Shown: positions 20,288 to 32,885 of the stretch, piece by piece
How positions within the stretch are numbered: the first letter of the stretch is position 1
How the letters are laid out: the number at the start of each line of letters is the position of its first letter
DNA from: an uncultured Verrucomicrobiae bacterium
Lineage (GTDB): Bacteria; Chlamydiota; Chlamydiia; Chlamydiales; Rhabdochlamydiaceae
Direction: 5' to 3'
Length of the DNA stretch: 64,000 bases
Assembly: GCA_963718565.1 (NCBI GenBank)
Contig: OY970364.1
Coordinates: 2,220,059-2,284,058 of the forward strand
Translations under genes and position numbers: made by a program
The notes under the pieces: generated by a model
What the model saw: the letters and a program-made list of their open reading frames with translations, nothing else
The model's database searches: none
What the model was told of the DNA's origin: nothing

Positions 20288-20674
20288 AATAACCTCTATA
20301 ATTTAAAAACTTTTATAATGTTAAAACTAATTAACAAGCTTTGTTTAAGCTCGTGTTTATTATACTGAAAAGAACAGAAACATTAAACATAAAAACTTAT
20401 TTGTTTAGTGAATCTATACTAGAAGTGATTCAAAAGTTTGATCTTTGAACAATTAAAATCTAATCTTGTTCAAAACAAAAAAATAACAGTTGCTATGCTG
20501 AATTTATGTACGTCCTCAAAAACTTGCCACAGGTCTCCGAGGAAGTATGAATTGAGCGGCTTGTAAAGCCTGGCATCCGCACAACTTATTCAAGTTGTGC
20601 AGCTGTTACTTTAATTTTTTTTTGACTCGAAATCTCATTTAATGTAAGCATTTTGTTTGTTGCAGGAGTCCATC

Positions 20675-23542
20675 GTGAAAGAGCAAACCACAGAATTGAC
20701 CAATCCTTTCGATACCTTGAAATCCCTAAACGATGATCGGAAACGCTTCTATTATTCTTTGCCAGCACTCGAGGCAAAAGTAGCAGGGGTGCAGAAACTC
20801 CCGATTTCGATCCGGATCATGCTCGAATCGCTGCTTCGCAACTGCGATGGCAAACATGTCAGGGAAGAAGACATTTTGCGCCTTGCCAAGTGGAACCCCA
20901 AAAAACCCGATGAAGGGGACGTCCCTTTTGTTGTCTCTCGAGTCCTGTTACAGGATTTTACTGGAGTCCCTCTGCTTGTCGACTTAGCGGCGATGCGCGA
21001 TGCTATCTCCGAGTATCAAGTCGACCCAAAAACGATGGAACCGATTGTTCCGGTCGATCTGGTTATCGATCATTCCGTGCAAGTCGATCGTTCGGGCACA
21101 CCCGACTCTTATCTTTTCAATTTGGAGATCGAATTTGAGCGCAATAAAGAGCGTTACGAATTTTTACATTGGGGAGAAGAAGGTTTTCAAACATTCAAAG
21201 TGGTTCCACCCGGCATTGGAATTTGTCATCAAGTGAACCTAGAACATCTCGGCTCCATCGTTACCGAAAAAAGGCTCAATGATAAAACAGTGCTTTACTT
21301 GGACACGTTGATTGGCACCGATTCGCATACGCCGATGATCAATGGCCTCGGAGTTCTCGGTTGGGGAGTCGGCGGCATTGAGGCAGAAGCGGCGATGCTT
21401 GGCCAGCCTTATTTTTTTCAAACACCCGAGGTGATTGGAGTGCATTTGCACGGGGCTTTAGAAAAAGGTGTCACGGCGACGGATCTCACTCTTCGGATTA
21501 CGGAAATGCTGCGCAAAGAAAAAGTCGTTGGCAAATTTGTCGAGTTCTTTGGTGAAGGAGCCGCAAGTTTGACGGTTGCTGACCGCGCCACGATTGGAAA
21601 CATGGCGCCCGAATATGGAGCAACAGTTGGGTTTTTTCCTGTCGATGATAAAACGCTTGAATACATGAAAATGACAGGAAGAGATGAAAAAAAGATCAAG
21701 CAGATTAAAGAATACTTACAAGCGCAAAAATTGTTCGGCGTTCCCAAGAAAGGAGAGATTGAATTTACCAAAGTATTGGAGTTAGATTTAAAGTCCGTCA
21801 AACCTTCCGTTGCAGGCCCAAAGCGTCCTCAGGATAGGATCGATCTTGTCCACGTTAAAAGTAAGTTCAATGAGCTGTTTACCGCTCCTGTGAATGAGGG
21901 AGGTTATGGCAGACCCGCCTCGGAAAGGAACAAAAAGATCTGCGTCCACTCCGAGGGAGGTTTTCATGTCAACGAAGTGCATGTTACTGGGGGTATAGAA
22001 TCTCTTGCCCGTGAGCAGGGATGGAGTGAAGAGGAAATGGTCACTAACCGCCCTTTTACCAAAGAAGTGATCAATCCAGGATATACACAGCACCGCGTTT
22101 GCGATTATTACCTTGACCACGGGTCCATAGTCATCGCAGCAATTACAAGTTGTACCAATACCTCAAATCCTAGTGTGATGCTTGGAGCAGGGCTTTTAGC
22201 TAAAAAAGCTGTCGAGAAAGGATTGCGGATCGATTGCAAAGTCAAGACCAGCTTGGCCCCTGGCTCGCGCGTTGTCACGGATTACCTCGAAAAAACAGGA
22301 CTTCAAAAATATCTCGACGCACTGGGATTTCAATTGGTGGCCTATGGATGTACAACATGCATTGGCAATAGCGGTCCTTTAGATGAAAAGATCGAAAGTG
22401 CCATCAAAGAGCATGATCTGATTGTGGCAAGCGTACTGAGTGGCAATCGCAATTTTGAAGCGCGGATCCATGGTTCGGTCAAAGCGAACTTCTTAATGTC
22501 GCCGCCGCTTGTGGTTGCTTATGCCCTTGCAGGACGAATAGACATAGATATGGAAAAAGAACCCCTTGGTTTTGATAAGCAAAAAAAGCCTGTTTTTTTA
22601 AAAGACATTTGGCCAAGCGAGCGCGAAATCCATGAAACAACTGTTGAAGGATTGAAACCGGAGATGTTTAAAAAGCGGTATGCGCACGTCCTTGATGACA
22701 ATCCATTGTGGGGAAAAATTGAAATGAAAAAAGGCGCTCAGTATGCATGGGACCAAAAAAGCACTTATATTCAGCGTCCCCCTTATTTTGATGACTTTGC
22801 ACTAGAGCTGCCAAAGCGTAAAGAACTTAAGGGAATGAGGCCGCTTGCTCTATTCGGCGATTCGATCACGACGGATCATATCTCTCCTGCTGGGGCATTC
22901 AAAGCCAATACGCCGGCAGGAAAATATCTCATTTCACTTGGCATCAATGAAAGCGATTTCAATAGTTATGGGAGCCGTCGCGGCAATCATCACATCATGA
23001 TGCGGGGAACTTTTGCGAACGTGCGCATTCGCAATAAAATGGTAGAAGGCAAAGAAGGAGGGTTTACCAAGTTAATGCCGGAAGGACAAGAAATGCCCAT
23101 CTTTGATGCCTGTGAGATTTATGCCAAAAAAAATGTTCCGCTGATTGTTTTTTCTGGGAAGGATTACGGGATGGGAAGTTCACGCGATTGGGCCGCAAAA
23201 GGGACAGCTTTGCTCGGTATTCGTGCTGTGGTTGCAAAAAGTTTCGAAAGAATCCATCGCAGCAATTTAGTGGGGATGGGGGTGCTTCCTTTGCAATTCA
23301 AAGAGGATGAAAGTCTTGAGTCGCTTGGCATCCAGGGGAATGAAATCTTCAACATAGTCGGATTGGAAAAGGAAATCAAACCTCGCCAGGAAGTGACTTT
23401 AGAAATCAACCGTGGAGGCGGTAAAACTGACCGTGCGCCATTGATTTCTCGCTTAGATACACCCACAGACGTCGACTATTATCTCCATGGGGGGATTTTG
23501 CCCTATGTCTTAAGGCAGATATTGCCGGCTTCAAAAAAATGA
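20675..23542 (+). CDS. acnA: Aconitate hydratase A
   Basis: [64 protein letters not shown] start inferred from GGAG SD. Confidence 0.97.
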   Translation: MKEQTTELTNPFDTLKSLNDDRKRFYYSLPALEAKVAGVQKLPISIRIMLESLLRNCDGKHVREEDILRLAKWNPKKPDEGDVPFVVSRVLLQDFTGVPLLVDLAAMRDAISEYQVDPKTMEPIVPVDLVIDHSVQVDRSGTPDSYLFNLEIEFERNKERYEFLHWGEEGFQTFKVVPPGIGICHQVNLEHLGSIVTEKRLNDKTVLYLDTLIGTDSHTPMINGLGVLGWGVGGIEAEAAMLGQPYFFQTPEVIGVHLHGALEKGVTATDLTLRITEMLRKEKVVGKFVEFFGEGAASLTVADRATIGNMAPEYGATVGFFPVDDKTLEYMKMTGRDEKKIKQIKEYLQAQKLFGVPKKGEIEFTKVLELDLKSVKPSVAGPKRPQDRIDLVHVKSKFNELFTAPVNEGGYGRPASERNKKICVHSEGGFHVNEVHVTGGIESLAREQGWSEEEMVTNRPFTKEVINPGYTQHRVCDYYLDHGSIVIAAITSCTNTSNPSVMLGAGLLAKKAVEKGLRIDCKVKTSLAPGSRVVTDYLEKTGLQKYLDALGFQLVAYGCTTCIGNSGPLDEKIESAIKEHDLIVASVLSGNRNFEARIHGSVKANFLMSPPLVVAYALAGRIDIDMEKEPLGFDKQKKPVFLKDIWPSEREIHETTVEGLKPEMFKKRYAHVLDDNPLWGKIEMKKGAQYAWDQKSTYIQRPPYFDDFALELPKRKELKGMRPLALFGDSITTDHISPAGAFKANTPAGKYLISLGINESDFNSYGSRRGNHHIMMRGTFANVRIRNKMVEGKEGGFTKLMPEGQEMPIFDACEIYAKKNVPLIVFSGKDYGMGSSRDWAAKGTALLGIRAVVAKSFERIHRSNLVGMGVLPLQFKEDESLESLGIQGNEIFNIVGLEKEIKPRQEVTLEINRGGGKTDRAPLISRLDTPTDVDYYLHGGILPYVLRQILPASKK

Positions 23543-23577
23543 TTGTTCAGACTGCCATTCGCTGCAATTTGGCTTTA

Positions 23578-23746
23578 TACGGCGCACGGTTAGGTTTGGT
23601 GAATTTTGACAGGCTGCGACTTTGCCAAATCGATCCTTCTCGCTCGCCTTGCCATTTAGCAATGGTCTCGCTCGTTTGGCCGCTTCGCTTCGATTTTGCT
23701 TCGTCTCGCAAGAGTCAAAATTCACTAAACCTAACCACGCGCCGTA
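23578..23746. mobile_element. MITE family B, copy 1 (TA target)
   Basis: Imperfect TIR TACGGCGCACGGTTAGGTTTGGTGAATTTTGAC / GTCAAAATTCACTAAACCTAACCACGCGCCGTA with TA duplication; empty site GGCTTTATCTCACAGAGCC near 34317-34335. Confidence 0.9.
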
Positions 23747-23947
23747 TATCTCGCAGAGCCTAAAACTCATCCAACCTTGCCGGCGCGGCATAGAGGTTTT
23801 TTCTTTAACATCTTTATTATCAATAACTTATCGTAAAAATAGATTTATTTTTTTACTTAATATTCAAAGATTTAGTTTAATATTTGCTTCCTTATTATTA
23901 TTTAATGTTTTATAATTATTTATATATTAAGATGGAGTTTAAAAATT

Positions 23948-25273
23948 ATGAGCACGTTTTTTGATGTTATTATTAATAAAGGCAAGAATTCATTTTACAT
24001 AGAAAATATAGTTGAAAGTGCTTCTGAGTTAGAAGCTGATAATTCAGAATTAGAAACATTAAAAAACATTGAACTCGTAGTTAAAAATCAATTAGACTAC
24101 GATTCCACTCATCAAGATAATTATTCAGGCAAACCACGAGTTGAATTGTTTAATATTTTAAAAAGAAAGTCGGTGAGGATTTGTAATGGATATCACGATA
24201 AACTATCAAAACAAGGTTTTCTTTGGCAATTAATAGATTTTCTTTTCCTAGGAAAAGAAAGAGAAATGAAAGCAGTTTATAAGAGAATTAATTTGTATGG
24301 CGAAGTCATGGGATTAATTGAACAAGGAGTAATTCCAAAAAAACATCTTTCTTATGAAATAGAAAACAGTCAAAAACTTAATTTTGAAACAACTTTACAG
24401 AATTTGGAAAACCTGTCGAATGAAGACTTATTTACAATTCTTTCGAATGAAAAATTATATTTACCAAACTTCCAAAAAGTTAGAAAAATATTTGGCCTAA
24501 AGAGAAGTGGGGAAGTAATAAAAGACGATGCTATAAAAAATAAAAGAAGTGAAGCCTTAATTTTGTCTGTTAGAAATGGTGATAAAGGCATTTCAGAGCT
24601 TCTACTGCAACATGGCGCTGATCCTAATTTTCCTGCAAACAATGGAAGTGCTCCTTTACATTTCGCTGCTCAAGCAGGTCATACAGAAATTGTAGAATTG
24701 CTCCTAAACAAAGGCGCTCAGGTTAACCAACAATCTACTAGTGGCAGCAGCGCCTTAGTTTTTGCTTGTCATGGCTATCATGTAAAGGGGAAATATCATA
24801 AGCCTAATAATGCAGAAGTAGTTAAACTCTTACTGGGCAATGGCGCTGATCCTAATCTTTCCTCAAACGATGGATTGCTTCCTTTACATTTTGCTGCTCA
24901 AGCAGGTTCTGCAGACATTGTAGAATTGCTCCTAAAAAAAGATGCTGAAGTTGGTAAACTGGCTTTGGCTTTGGCTTGTGGTGGATATAAACTTAAATAT
25001 TATAAGCCTAATAAAGAAGTAGTTAGACTCTTACTGGACAATGGCGCTGATCCTAATATCCTTATAGAAAAGGGCGAAAAGGGCCTTACATCTCTAAAAA
25101 TTGCATCGAATAGCTTTGAAATTGTAAGTAAAGACATTAAAAAGAATGACCACCTTACGCTTCTAGAAATTTTACAGAAGAATGATGAGCTTCTTGAGCT
25201 CACCGAAATCATTTTATTAATTGGAGAGCATATGATTTCTCGCTTAGATACGCCCACAGACGTCGACTATTAG
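23948..25273 (+). CDS. Ankyrin-repeat protein, paralog 1 (C-terminus fused to an acnA-tail copy)
   Basis: GADPN..NGSAPLHFAAQAGHTEIVELLL repeats; ends [12 protein letters not shown], identical to the AcnA C-terminal region. Confidence 0.9.
   Translation: MSTFFDVIINKGKNSFYIENIVESASELEADNSELETLKNIELVVKNQLDYDSTHQDNYSGKPRVELFNILKRKSVRICNGYHDKLSKQGFLWQLIDFLFLGKEREMKAVYKRINLYGEVMGLIEQGVIPKKHLSYEIENSQKLNFETTLQNLENLSNEDLFTILSNEKLYLPNFQKVRKIFGLKRSGEVIKDDAIKNKRSEALILSVRNGDKGISELLLQHGADPNFPANNGSAPLHFAAQAGHTEIVELLLNKGAQVNQQSTSGSSALVFACHGYHVKGKYHKPNNAEVVKLLLGNGADPNLSSNDGLLPLHFAAQAGSADIVELLLKKDAEVGKLALALACGGYKLKYYKPNKEVVRLLLDNGADPNILIEKGEKGLTSLKIASNSFEIVSKDIKKNDHLTLLEILQKNDELLELTEIILLIGEHMISRLDTPTDVDY
25232..25272 (+). 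repeat. acnA 3'-end copy 2, left part (continues at 28255-28323 after the IS256 composite)
   Basis: TGATTTCTCGCTTAGATACGCCCACAGACGTCGACTATTA matches 23442-23481. Confidence 0.92.
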
Positions 25274-26039
25274 ATCAAGCAACAATTTTTCTGTAAAATC
25301 TGAAATCTTCTTCACTTAGGTCAATTTCTTACTATAAAAACGGCCTCTCGCGTCAGAGACGCTTCGGCTTTTTACTCTGCTTTTGAGGAAAAATTTTTCG
25401 AATCTGACACTTTTTTATGCCAGATAATTTACCCCTAAACAAAAAGTATTCCACCGGTGTTAGCGTTGTTTTCCTCAATATTTTATTCTAACGTCAAATA
25501 CCTCTTTCCGCTTATCCATTCATCGTGTATCTCAGATACCACGGCAGTGACCAATCTTTCACAAGACGCTTCATTGGGAAATAATCTTGCTACTCTTGTT
25601 CGCCGCTTAATCTCTCCATTAAGCCTTTCAACAATATTAACAGTCCTTATCTGTTTCCAGTGCCTTCTTGGCCGATGATAAAATGTCATTGCCTCAATTG
25701 CATTGATTTCAAACCAATTGCAAAATTTGGGCGCTCTTTTTTCATATCTTTGCACTGTTTCCTTAACTCGTTTTTCAGCCTCTTGTTGATTCAAGGCTTG
25801 ATAAACATCTCGTACCGCTTGTGCAATTTCTCCTCGCATTGCCGTGTTTGGGACATAGCTTTGAGCGTTTTGAGCAAGATGAAAAAGACAGCGCTGCCAA
25901 GGAACCGATGGGAGCACTGCCCTTAGTGCAGCTTTTAGCCCAGAGTGATCATCGCTAATCACCATTTCTACTCCTCTTAATCCTCGAGAGAGTAAGTCTT
26001 CCAGGAATGTCCTCCAATGCACTTCGGCCTCAGATAAAC

Positions 26040-27526
26040 GGTAGTGTAACATTGTTTCTGTAAATTCAATTTTTCAAGAAAGTGTTTTGATAATTGAAAA
26101 AAAAGTTTGAGATCACATTCTCTTAAGTTTAGACAAACAAACAAAAGGAGAGGTTATGATCTCAAACAGCACATATGCCCCTGTAATCAACGCATTAGTG
26201 GAAGAACTCGGACAACAAGGCTTACACGGCCTCAGCGAACTCTTGAGCAGGCTCTTCAATGAATTAATGAAGACCGAACGAGAGCAGGTTCTTCAAGCTG
26301 GTCCATATGAGCGGACAGAGGCTAGAAAAGGTTATGCTAATGGTTTTAAAGATAAAACGGTACAGACTCGTTTTGGAAAATTAGAACTCCAGGTTCCACA
26401 AACTCGAGAGATTGCATTCTACCCACAGTGCTTAGAGAAGGGAGAGCGATCAGAAAGGGCATTAAAATTGGCAATTGCAGAAATGTATGTTCAGGGTGTT
26501 TCAACGCGGCGAATAGCTCCAATTGCAAAAGAGCTGTGCGGCTTTGATTTGAGTTCAACCCAAGTTTCTCGGGTTGCAATGATTCTCGATGAGGAGCTTG
26601 AAAAATTCCGCAGGAGAAATTTAGGTCACATCGTTTATCTTTATCTCGATGCCGATTATCAAAAGGTGAGACACGATGGACACGTCAGAGACATTGCAGT
26701 ACTAAAAGCTGTTGGAGTGAACAAAGATGGATTTCGAGAAGTGCTTGGCATTTCATGCAGTTTATCTGAGGCCGAAGTGCATTGGAGGACATTCCTGGAA
26801 GACTTACTCTCTCGAGGATTAAGAGGAGTAGAAATGGTGATTAGCGATGATCACTCTGGGCTAAAAGCTGCACTAAGGGCAGTGCTTCCATCGGTTCCTT
26901 GGCAGCGCTGTCTTTTTCATCTTGCTCAAAACGCTCAAAGCTATGTCCCAAACACGGCAATGCGAGGAGAAATTGCACAAGCGGTACGAGATGTTTATCA
27001 AGCCTTGAATCAACAAGAGGCTGAAAAACGAGTTAAGGAAACAGTGCAAAGATATGAAAAAAGAGCGCCCAAATTTTGCAATTGGTTTGAAATCAATGCA
27101 ATTGAGGCAATGACATTTTATCATCGGCCAAGAAGGCACTGGAAACAGATAAGGACTGTTAATATTGTTGAAAGGCTTAATGGAGAGATTAAGCGGCGAA
27201 CAAGAGTAGCAAGATTATTTCCCAATGAAGCGTCTTGTGAAAGATTGGTCACTGCCGTGGTATCTGAGATACACGATGAATGGATAAGCGGAAAGAGGTA
27301 TTTGACGTTAGAATAAAATATTGAGGAAAACAACGCTAACACCGATGGAACACTTTTTGTTTAGGGGTGAATTATCTGGCATAAAAAAGTGTCAGATTCG
27401 AAAAATTTTTCCTCAAAAGCAAAGTAAAAAGCCGAAGCGTCTCTGACGCGAGAGGCCGTTTTTATAGTAAGAAATTGACCTAAGTGAAGAAGATTTCAGA
27501 TTTTACAGAAAAATTGTTGCTTGATC
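26040..27526 (+). mobile_element. IS256-family element, inner intact copy
   Basis: Same termini; 8-bp TSD AGATAAAC (26032-26039, 27527-27534). Confidence 0.95.
26156..27316 (+). CDS. IS256-family (Mutator-type) transposase
   Basis: YVQGVSTRRI, YLYLDA, VISDDHSGL, WQRCLFHL, RTVNIVERLNGEIKRRT. Confidence 0.95.
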   Translation: MISNSTYAPVINALVEELGQQGLHGLSELLSRLFNELMKTEREQVLQAGPYERTEARKGYANGFKDKTVQTRFGKLELQVPQTREIAFYPQCLEKGERSERALKLAIAEMYVQGVSTRRIAPIAKELCGFDLSSTQVSRVAMILDEELEKFRRRNLGHIVYLYLDADYQKVRHDGHVRDIAVLKAVGVNKDGFREVLGISCSLSEAEVHWRTFLEDLLSRGLRGVEMVISDDHSGLKAALRAVLPSVPWQRCLFHLAQNAQSYVPNTAMRGEIAQAVRDVYQALNQQEAEKRVKETVQRYEKRAPKFCNWFEINAIEAMTFYHRPRRHWKQIRTVNIVERLNGEIKRRTRVARLFPNEASCERLVTAVVSEIHDEWISGKRYLTLE

Positions 27527-28358
27527 AGATAAACTGCATGAAATGCCAAGCACTTCTCGAAATCCATCTTTGTTCACTCCAACAGCTTTTAGTACTGCAA
27601 TGTCTCTGACGTGTCCATCGTGTCTCACCTTTTGATAATCGGCATCGAGATAAAGATAAACGATGTGACCTAAATTTCTCCTGCGGAATTTTTCAAGCTC
27701 CTCATCGAGAATCATTGCAACCCGAGAAACTTGGGTTGAACTCAAATCAAAGCCGCACAGCTCTTTTGCAATTGGAGCTATTCGCCGCGTTGAAACACCC
27801 TGAACATACATTTCTGCAATTGCCAATTTTAATGCCCTTTCTGATCGCTCTCCCTTCTCTAAGCACTGTGGGTAGAATGCAATCTCTCGAGTTTGTGGAA
27901 CCTGGAGTTCTAATTTTCCAAAACGAGTCTGTACCGTTTTATCTTTAAAACCATTAGCATAACCTTTTCTAGCCTCTGTCCGCTCATATGGACCAGCTTG
28001 AAGAACCTGCTCTCGTTCGGTCTTCATTAATTCATTGAAGAGCCTGCTCAAGAGTTCGCTGAGGCCGTGTAAGCCTTGTTGTCCGAGTTCTTCCACTAAT
28101 GCGTTGATTACAGGGGCATATGTGCTGTTTGAGATCATAACCTCTCCTTTTGTTTGTTTGTCTAAACTTAAGAGAATGTGATCTCAAACTTTTTTTTCAA
28201 TTATCAAAACACTTTCTTGAAAAATTGAATTTACAGAAACAATGTTACACTACCGACTATTATCTCCATGGGGGGATTTTGCCCTATGTCTTAAGGCAGA
28301 TATTGCCGGCTTCAAAAAAATGATTGTTCAGACTGCCATTCGCTGCAATTTAGCTTTA

Positions 28359-28527
28359 TACGGCGCACGGTTAGGTTTGGTGAATTTTGACAGGCTGCGA
28401 CTTTGCCAAATCGATCCTTCTCGCTCGCCTTGCCATTTAGCAATGGTCTCGCTCGTTTGGCCGCTTCGCTTCGATTTTGCTTCGTCTCGCAAGAGTCAAA
28501 ATTCACTAAACCTAACCACGCGCCGTA
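28359..28527. mobile_element. MITE family B, copy 2
   Basis: Essentially identical to 23578-23746 in the same flanking context, so co-duplicated. Confidence 0.9.
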
Positions 28528-28728
28528 TATCTCGCAGAGTCTAAAACTCATCCAACCTTGCCGGCGCGGCATAGAGGTTTTTTCTTTAACATCTTTATTA
28601 TCAATAACTTATCGTAAAAATAGATTTATTTTTTTACTTAATATTCAAAGATTTAGTTTAATATTTGCTTCCTTATTATTATTTAATGTTTTATAATTAT
28701 TTATATATTAAGATGGAGTTTAAAAATT

Positions 28729-30171
28729 ATGAGCACGTTTTTTGATGTTATTATTAATAAAGGCAAGAATTCATTTTACATAGTTGAAGATTCTTCTAAG
28801 CCAGGAGCTAATAATTCAGAGTTAGAAACATTAAAAAAAATTAAGCATGTAGTTGAAAATAATTTAATATACTATTCCTGTGATAAAAGTGATTATTCAA
28901 ACAAATCACGATATGAATTGTTTAATTCTTTAAAAGAAAAGTCGTTGGAGATTCGTAATGGGTATTACAATAAAAAAAATTTTCTTTGGAAATTAATAAA
29001 TGATTTTTTTCCAGAATTTTTCAGTGAAAAAAAAGAAATAGATGCAATTTGTACAAAAATTGATACCTGTGAACTTAAAACAACTTTACAGGATTTGCAA
29101 AACATGTCGGCAAAAGAATTGTTTACAATTCCGACGAAAGAATGGTTTACAATTCTTTCGAATGAAAAATTATATTCAGAAGAGTTCCGAGAACTTAGAA
29201 AAATGTTTGGCCTAAAAATAGTTGGCCAAAGGCCTGACCTAAAGGGAAATGGGGAAGTAACAGAAAATGTTGACGACACTATAAAACAGAAAGGAAATGA
29301 AGCCTTAATTTTGTCTGTTAGAAATGGTGATAAAGGCATTTTAGAGCTTCTACTGCAACATGGCGCTGATCCTAATTTTCCTGCAAGCAATGGAAGTGCT
29401 CCTTTACATTTCGCTGCTCAAGCAGGTCATACAGAAATTGTAGAATTGCTCCTAAACAAAGGCGCTCAGGTTAACCAACAATCTACTAACGGCAGCAGCG
29501 CCTTAGTTTTTGCTTGTCGTGGCTATCATGTAGAGGGGAAATATCATAAGCCTAATAATGCAGAAGTAGTTAAACTCTTACTGGAAAGGGGCGCTGATCC
29601 TAATATCGCTACAGGGAATGGAAGTGTTCCTTTACATTGGGCTGCTCAAGCAGGTTCTGCAGACATCGTAGAATTGCTCCTAAAAAAAGATGCTCGGGTT
29701 AACCAACAATCTACTAGAGGCCTCAGCGCCTTAGCTTTTGCTTGTTATGGCCATTATGTAGAGGGGAAATATCATAAGCCTGATGCAGAAGTAGTTAAAC
29801 TCTTACTGGGCAAGGGCGCTGATCCTAATCTTTCCGCAAACGATGGAGTGCTTCCTTTACATTGGGCTGCTCAAGCAGGTTCTGCAGACATTGTAGAATT
29901 GCTCCTAAAAAAAGGTGCTGATCCTAATATCCCTACAGGAAATGGCCTTACACCTCTAAAAATTGCATCGAATAGCCTTGAAATTGTAAGTGAAGACATT
30001 AACAAGAATGACCTTACGCTTCCAGAAACTTTACAGAAGAATGATGAGCTTCTTGAGCTCTCCGAAATCATTTTATTAATTGAAGAGCATATTATTGCAT
30101 TGTTAGAGACTTCTGTAACCTCGGCAGGGGGGCTTGTAACAGGATCCATTGAACTTATTCAGGTAGTGTAA
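28729..30171 (+). CDS. Ankyrin-repeat protein, paralog 2 (stop provided by IS256 end)
   Basis: Same N-terminus MSTFFDVIINKGKNSFYI as paralog 1, more ankyrin repeats; last codons read into IS256 at 30162. Confidence 0.9.
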   Translation: MSTFFDVIINKGKNSFYIVEDSSKPGANNSELETLKKIKHVVENNLIYYSCDKSDYSNKSRYELFNSLKEKSLEIRNGYYNKKNFLWKLINDFFPEFFSEKKEIDAICTKIDTCELKTTLQDLQNMSAKELFTIPTKEWFTILSNEKLYSEEFRELRKMFGLKIVGQRPDLKGNGEVTENVDDTIKQKGNEALILSVRNGDKGILELLLQHGADPNFPASNGSAPLHFAAQAGHTEIVELLLNKGAQVNQQSTNGSSALVFACRGYHVEGKYHKPNNAEVVKLLLERGADPNIATGNGSVPLHWAAQAGSADIVELLLKKDARVNQQSTRGLSALAFACYGHYVEGKYHKPDAEVVKLLLGKGADPNLSANDGVLPLHWAAQAGSADIVELLLKKGADPNIPTGNGLTPLKIASNSLEIVSEDINKNDLTLPETLQKNDELLELSEIILLIEEHIIALLETSVTSAGGLVTGSIELIQVV

Positions 30172-31195
30172 CATTGTTTCTGTAAATTCAATTTTTCAAG
30201 AAAGTGTTTTGATAATTGAAAAAAAGTTTGAGATCACATTCTCTTAAGTTTAGACAAACAAACAAAAGGAGAGGTTATGATCTCAAACAGCACATATGCC
30301 CCTGTAATCAACGCATTAGTGGAAGAACTCGGACAACAAGGCTTACACGGCCTCAGCGAACTCTTGAGCAGGCTCTTCAATGAATTAATGAAGACCGAAC
30401 GAGAGCAGGTTCTTCAAGCTGGTCCATATGAGCGGACAGAGGCTAGAAAAGGTTATGCTAATGGTTTTAAAGATAAAACGGTACAGACTCGTTTTGGAAA
30501 ATTAGAACTCCAGGTTCCACAAACTCGAGAGATTGCATTCTACCCACAGTGCTTAGAGAAGGGAGAGCGATCAGAAAGGGCATTAAAATTGGCAATTGCA
30601 GAAATGTATGTTCAGGGTGTTTCAACGCGGCGAATAGCTCCAATTGCAAAAGAGCTGTGCGGCTTTGATTTGAGTTCAACCCAAGTTTCTCGGGTTGCAA
30701 TGATTCTCGATGAGGAGCTTGAAAAATTCCGCAGGAGAAATTTAGGTCACATCGTTTATCTTTATCTCGATGCCGATTATCAAAAGGTGAGACACGATGG
30801 ACACGTCAGAGACATTGCAGTACTAAAAGCTGTTGGAGTGAACAAAGATGGATTTCGAGAAGTGCTTGGCATTTCATGCAGTTTATCTGAGGCCGAAGTG
30901 CATTGGAGGACATTCCTGGAAGACTTACTCTCTCGAGGATTAAGAGGAGTAGAAATGGTGATTAGCGATGATCACTCTGGGCTAAAAGCTGCACTAAGGG
31001 CAGTGCTCCCATCGGTTCCTTGGCAGCGCTGTCTTTTTCATCTTGCTCAAAACGCTCAAAGCTATGTCCCAAACACGGCAATGCGAGGAGAAATTGCACA
31101 AGCGGTACGAGATGTTTATCAAGCCTTGAATCAACAAGAGGCTGAAAAACGAGTTAAGGAAACAGTGCAAAGATATGAAAAAAGAGCGCCCAAAT

Positions 31196-31770
31196 GCAAG
31201 TGCTCATAAACTTGAGGTAAAGACCCCGAGACGGGGCCCCCTTTACCTCGATTTCATGGGCAAAGAAATCTGCCAGGCCGCCTAAAAATAAGTTCATTTT
31301 AATTTTTAATTGTCGCATTATTACTGCTTTCATTTTTTGGGAAGCACTCAAATGACAACAGCCAATGCCTCTCTTCAACAAGAACTCATCCTATTGCGCA
31401 ATGAACAGGCCTCTCTCCGAGCAACTGTGTCGAATCTTTTGAATCAACTGAGCATGGCCATACAGGCCAATGCTGAATTGCGCATCGAAAATCAAACTCT
31501 CAGAGATGAAATTGCTCGCCTCAAGCAAACGCCCCCGCGCCCTAAAATACCTCCCGGCGATTTAGAAAATTCCGAGAAAGAACCAAAAGATGGGAAGGGG
31601 AATAGAGGGAACTCTGGTCGAGGCAAGCACCCGCGCAGTAAAAAAACAGGACTGACTTTCCACAATATCAACCGACTTAAGCCAGATACCATTCCCGAAG
31701 GGGCTATTTTTAAAGGCACTCGGAAGTATGACATTCAAGATCTCGTTTGCCAGGCATATAACACTCGATA
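31196..31770 (+). mobile_element. IS66-like element, 5' fragment
   Basis: Starts GCAAGTGCTCATAAAC; ORF from ATG 31352 with coiled coil LRDEIARLK; inverted copy of part of 31771-32885. Confidence 0.75.
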
Positions 31771-32885
31771 AATGTTTTCCCAGGATCTTGTGTATGGAAC
31801 ACAGGATCTTGACGAATTTTAAACGCTTGAATCAACCATTCTGTATCCCTATGAGTGGCTAGGTAATCATAGGCATCTTGGTTAAATCGGTATTCTCCTC
31901 GGCCCTGCGCCAAAATCGTGAGGAAATTAATACGATTTTTGCTGTTGGTCGTCGTTAGATGGACGAAATATTCGTTGCAAATCACATTGGTGTAGCAGTT
32001 TTTGCTGCAATGTCGTGTGCCCACATCGTCTGTCTGAATTTGACCGGATGCTATTCCAGCTTCCAAAAGGTCGGCTTTCTCAGCGTGAAACTGGTCGTGT
32101 TTTTCTGTCAGCATCGCATGCAATTGCCCGGCAGAAATTGCGATTTTGTATCTACGCAATTGCTCTAAAATCAGCTCTTCTGAAACACGGCAAGAATGGG
32201 CTAACGTGATGACATGCGCTCTCAAGGCCGCTCCATAATGCCCCTGAATATGCAATGGAATCTGACCTTCGATGTATGTCCCATCTGGCAGTTGCCAGCG
32301 TTCGATCTCGTATCGAGTGTTATATGCCTGGCAAACGAGATCTTGAATGTCATACTTCCGAGTGCCTTTAAAAATAGCCCCTTCGGGAATGGTATCTGGC
32401 TTAAGTCGGTTGATATTGTGGAAAGTCAGTCCTGTTTTTTTACTGCGCGGGTGCTTGCCTCGACCAGAGTTCCCTCTATTCCCCTTCCCATCTTTTGGTT
32501 CTTTCTCGGAATTTTCTAAATCGCCGGGAGGTATTTTAGGGCGCGGGGGCGTTTGCTTGAGGCGAGCAATTTCATCTCTGAGAGTTTGATTTTCGATGCG
32601 CAATTCAGCATTGGCCTGTATGGCCATGCTCAGTTGATTCAAAAGATTCGACACAGTTGCTCGGAGAGAGGCCTGTTCATTGCGCAATAGGATGAGTTCT
32701 TGTTGAAGAGAGGCATTGGCTGTTGTCATTTGAGTGCTTCCCAAAAAATGAAAGCAGTAATAATGCGACAATTAAAAATTAAAATGAACTTATTTTTAGG
32801 CGGCCTGGCAGATTTCTTTGCCCATGAAATCGAGGTAAAGGGGGCCCCGTCTCGGGGTCTTTACCTCAAGTTTATGAGCACTTGC
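31771..32885 (-). mobile_element. IS66-like element, longer 5' fragment with truncated transposase
   Basis: From ATG 32729: ERWQLPDG...GHYGAALR...ISAGQL...QTDDVGTRH...NRINFL; no right end. Confidence 0.75.

Larger units (their letters stand above)
25273..28254 (-). mobile_element. IS256-family element, outer copy, interrupted by an identical element
   Basis: Ends GGTAGTGTAACATTGTTTCTGTAAA / GATCAAGCAACAATTTTTCTGTAAA; 8-bp TSD GACTATTA (25265-25272, 28255-28262); transposase split into 28138-27527 and 26039-25483. Confidence 0.93.

Noticed and set aside
21930..22110. Long insertion in AcnA as an intein or mobile insert
   Set aside because: No intein terminal motifs or flanking repeats; this region is a length-variable loop in AcnA proteins.
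23531..23915. Short ORFs across MITE B (also 28242-28696), MITE A (13726-14271, 34093-34281, 38550-38780), MITE D (5160-5441) and the foldback (35839-36471)
   Set aside because: They lie in palindromic repeats, have no recognisable motifs, and recur only because the repeat recurs.
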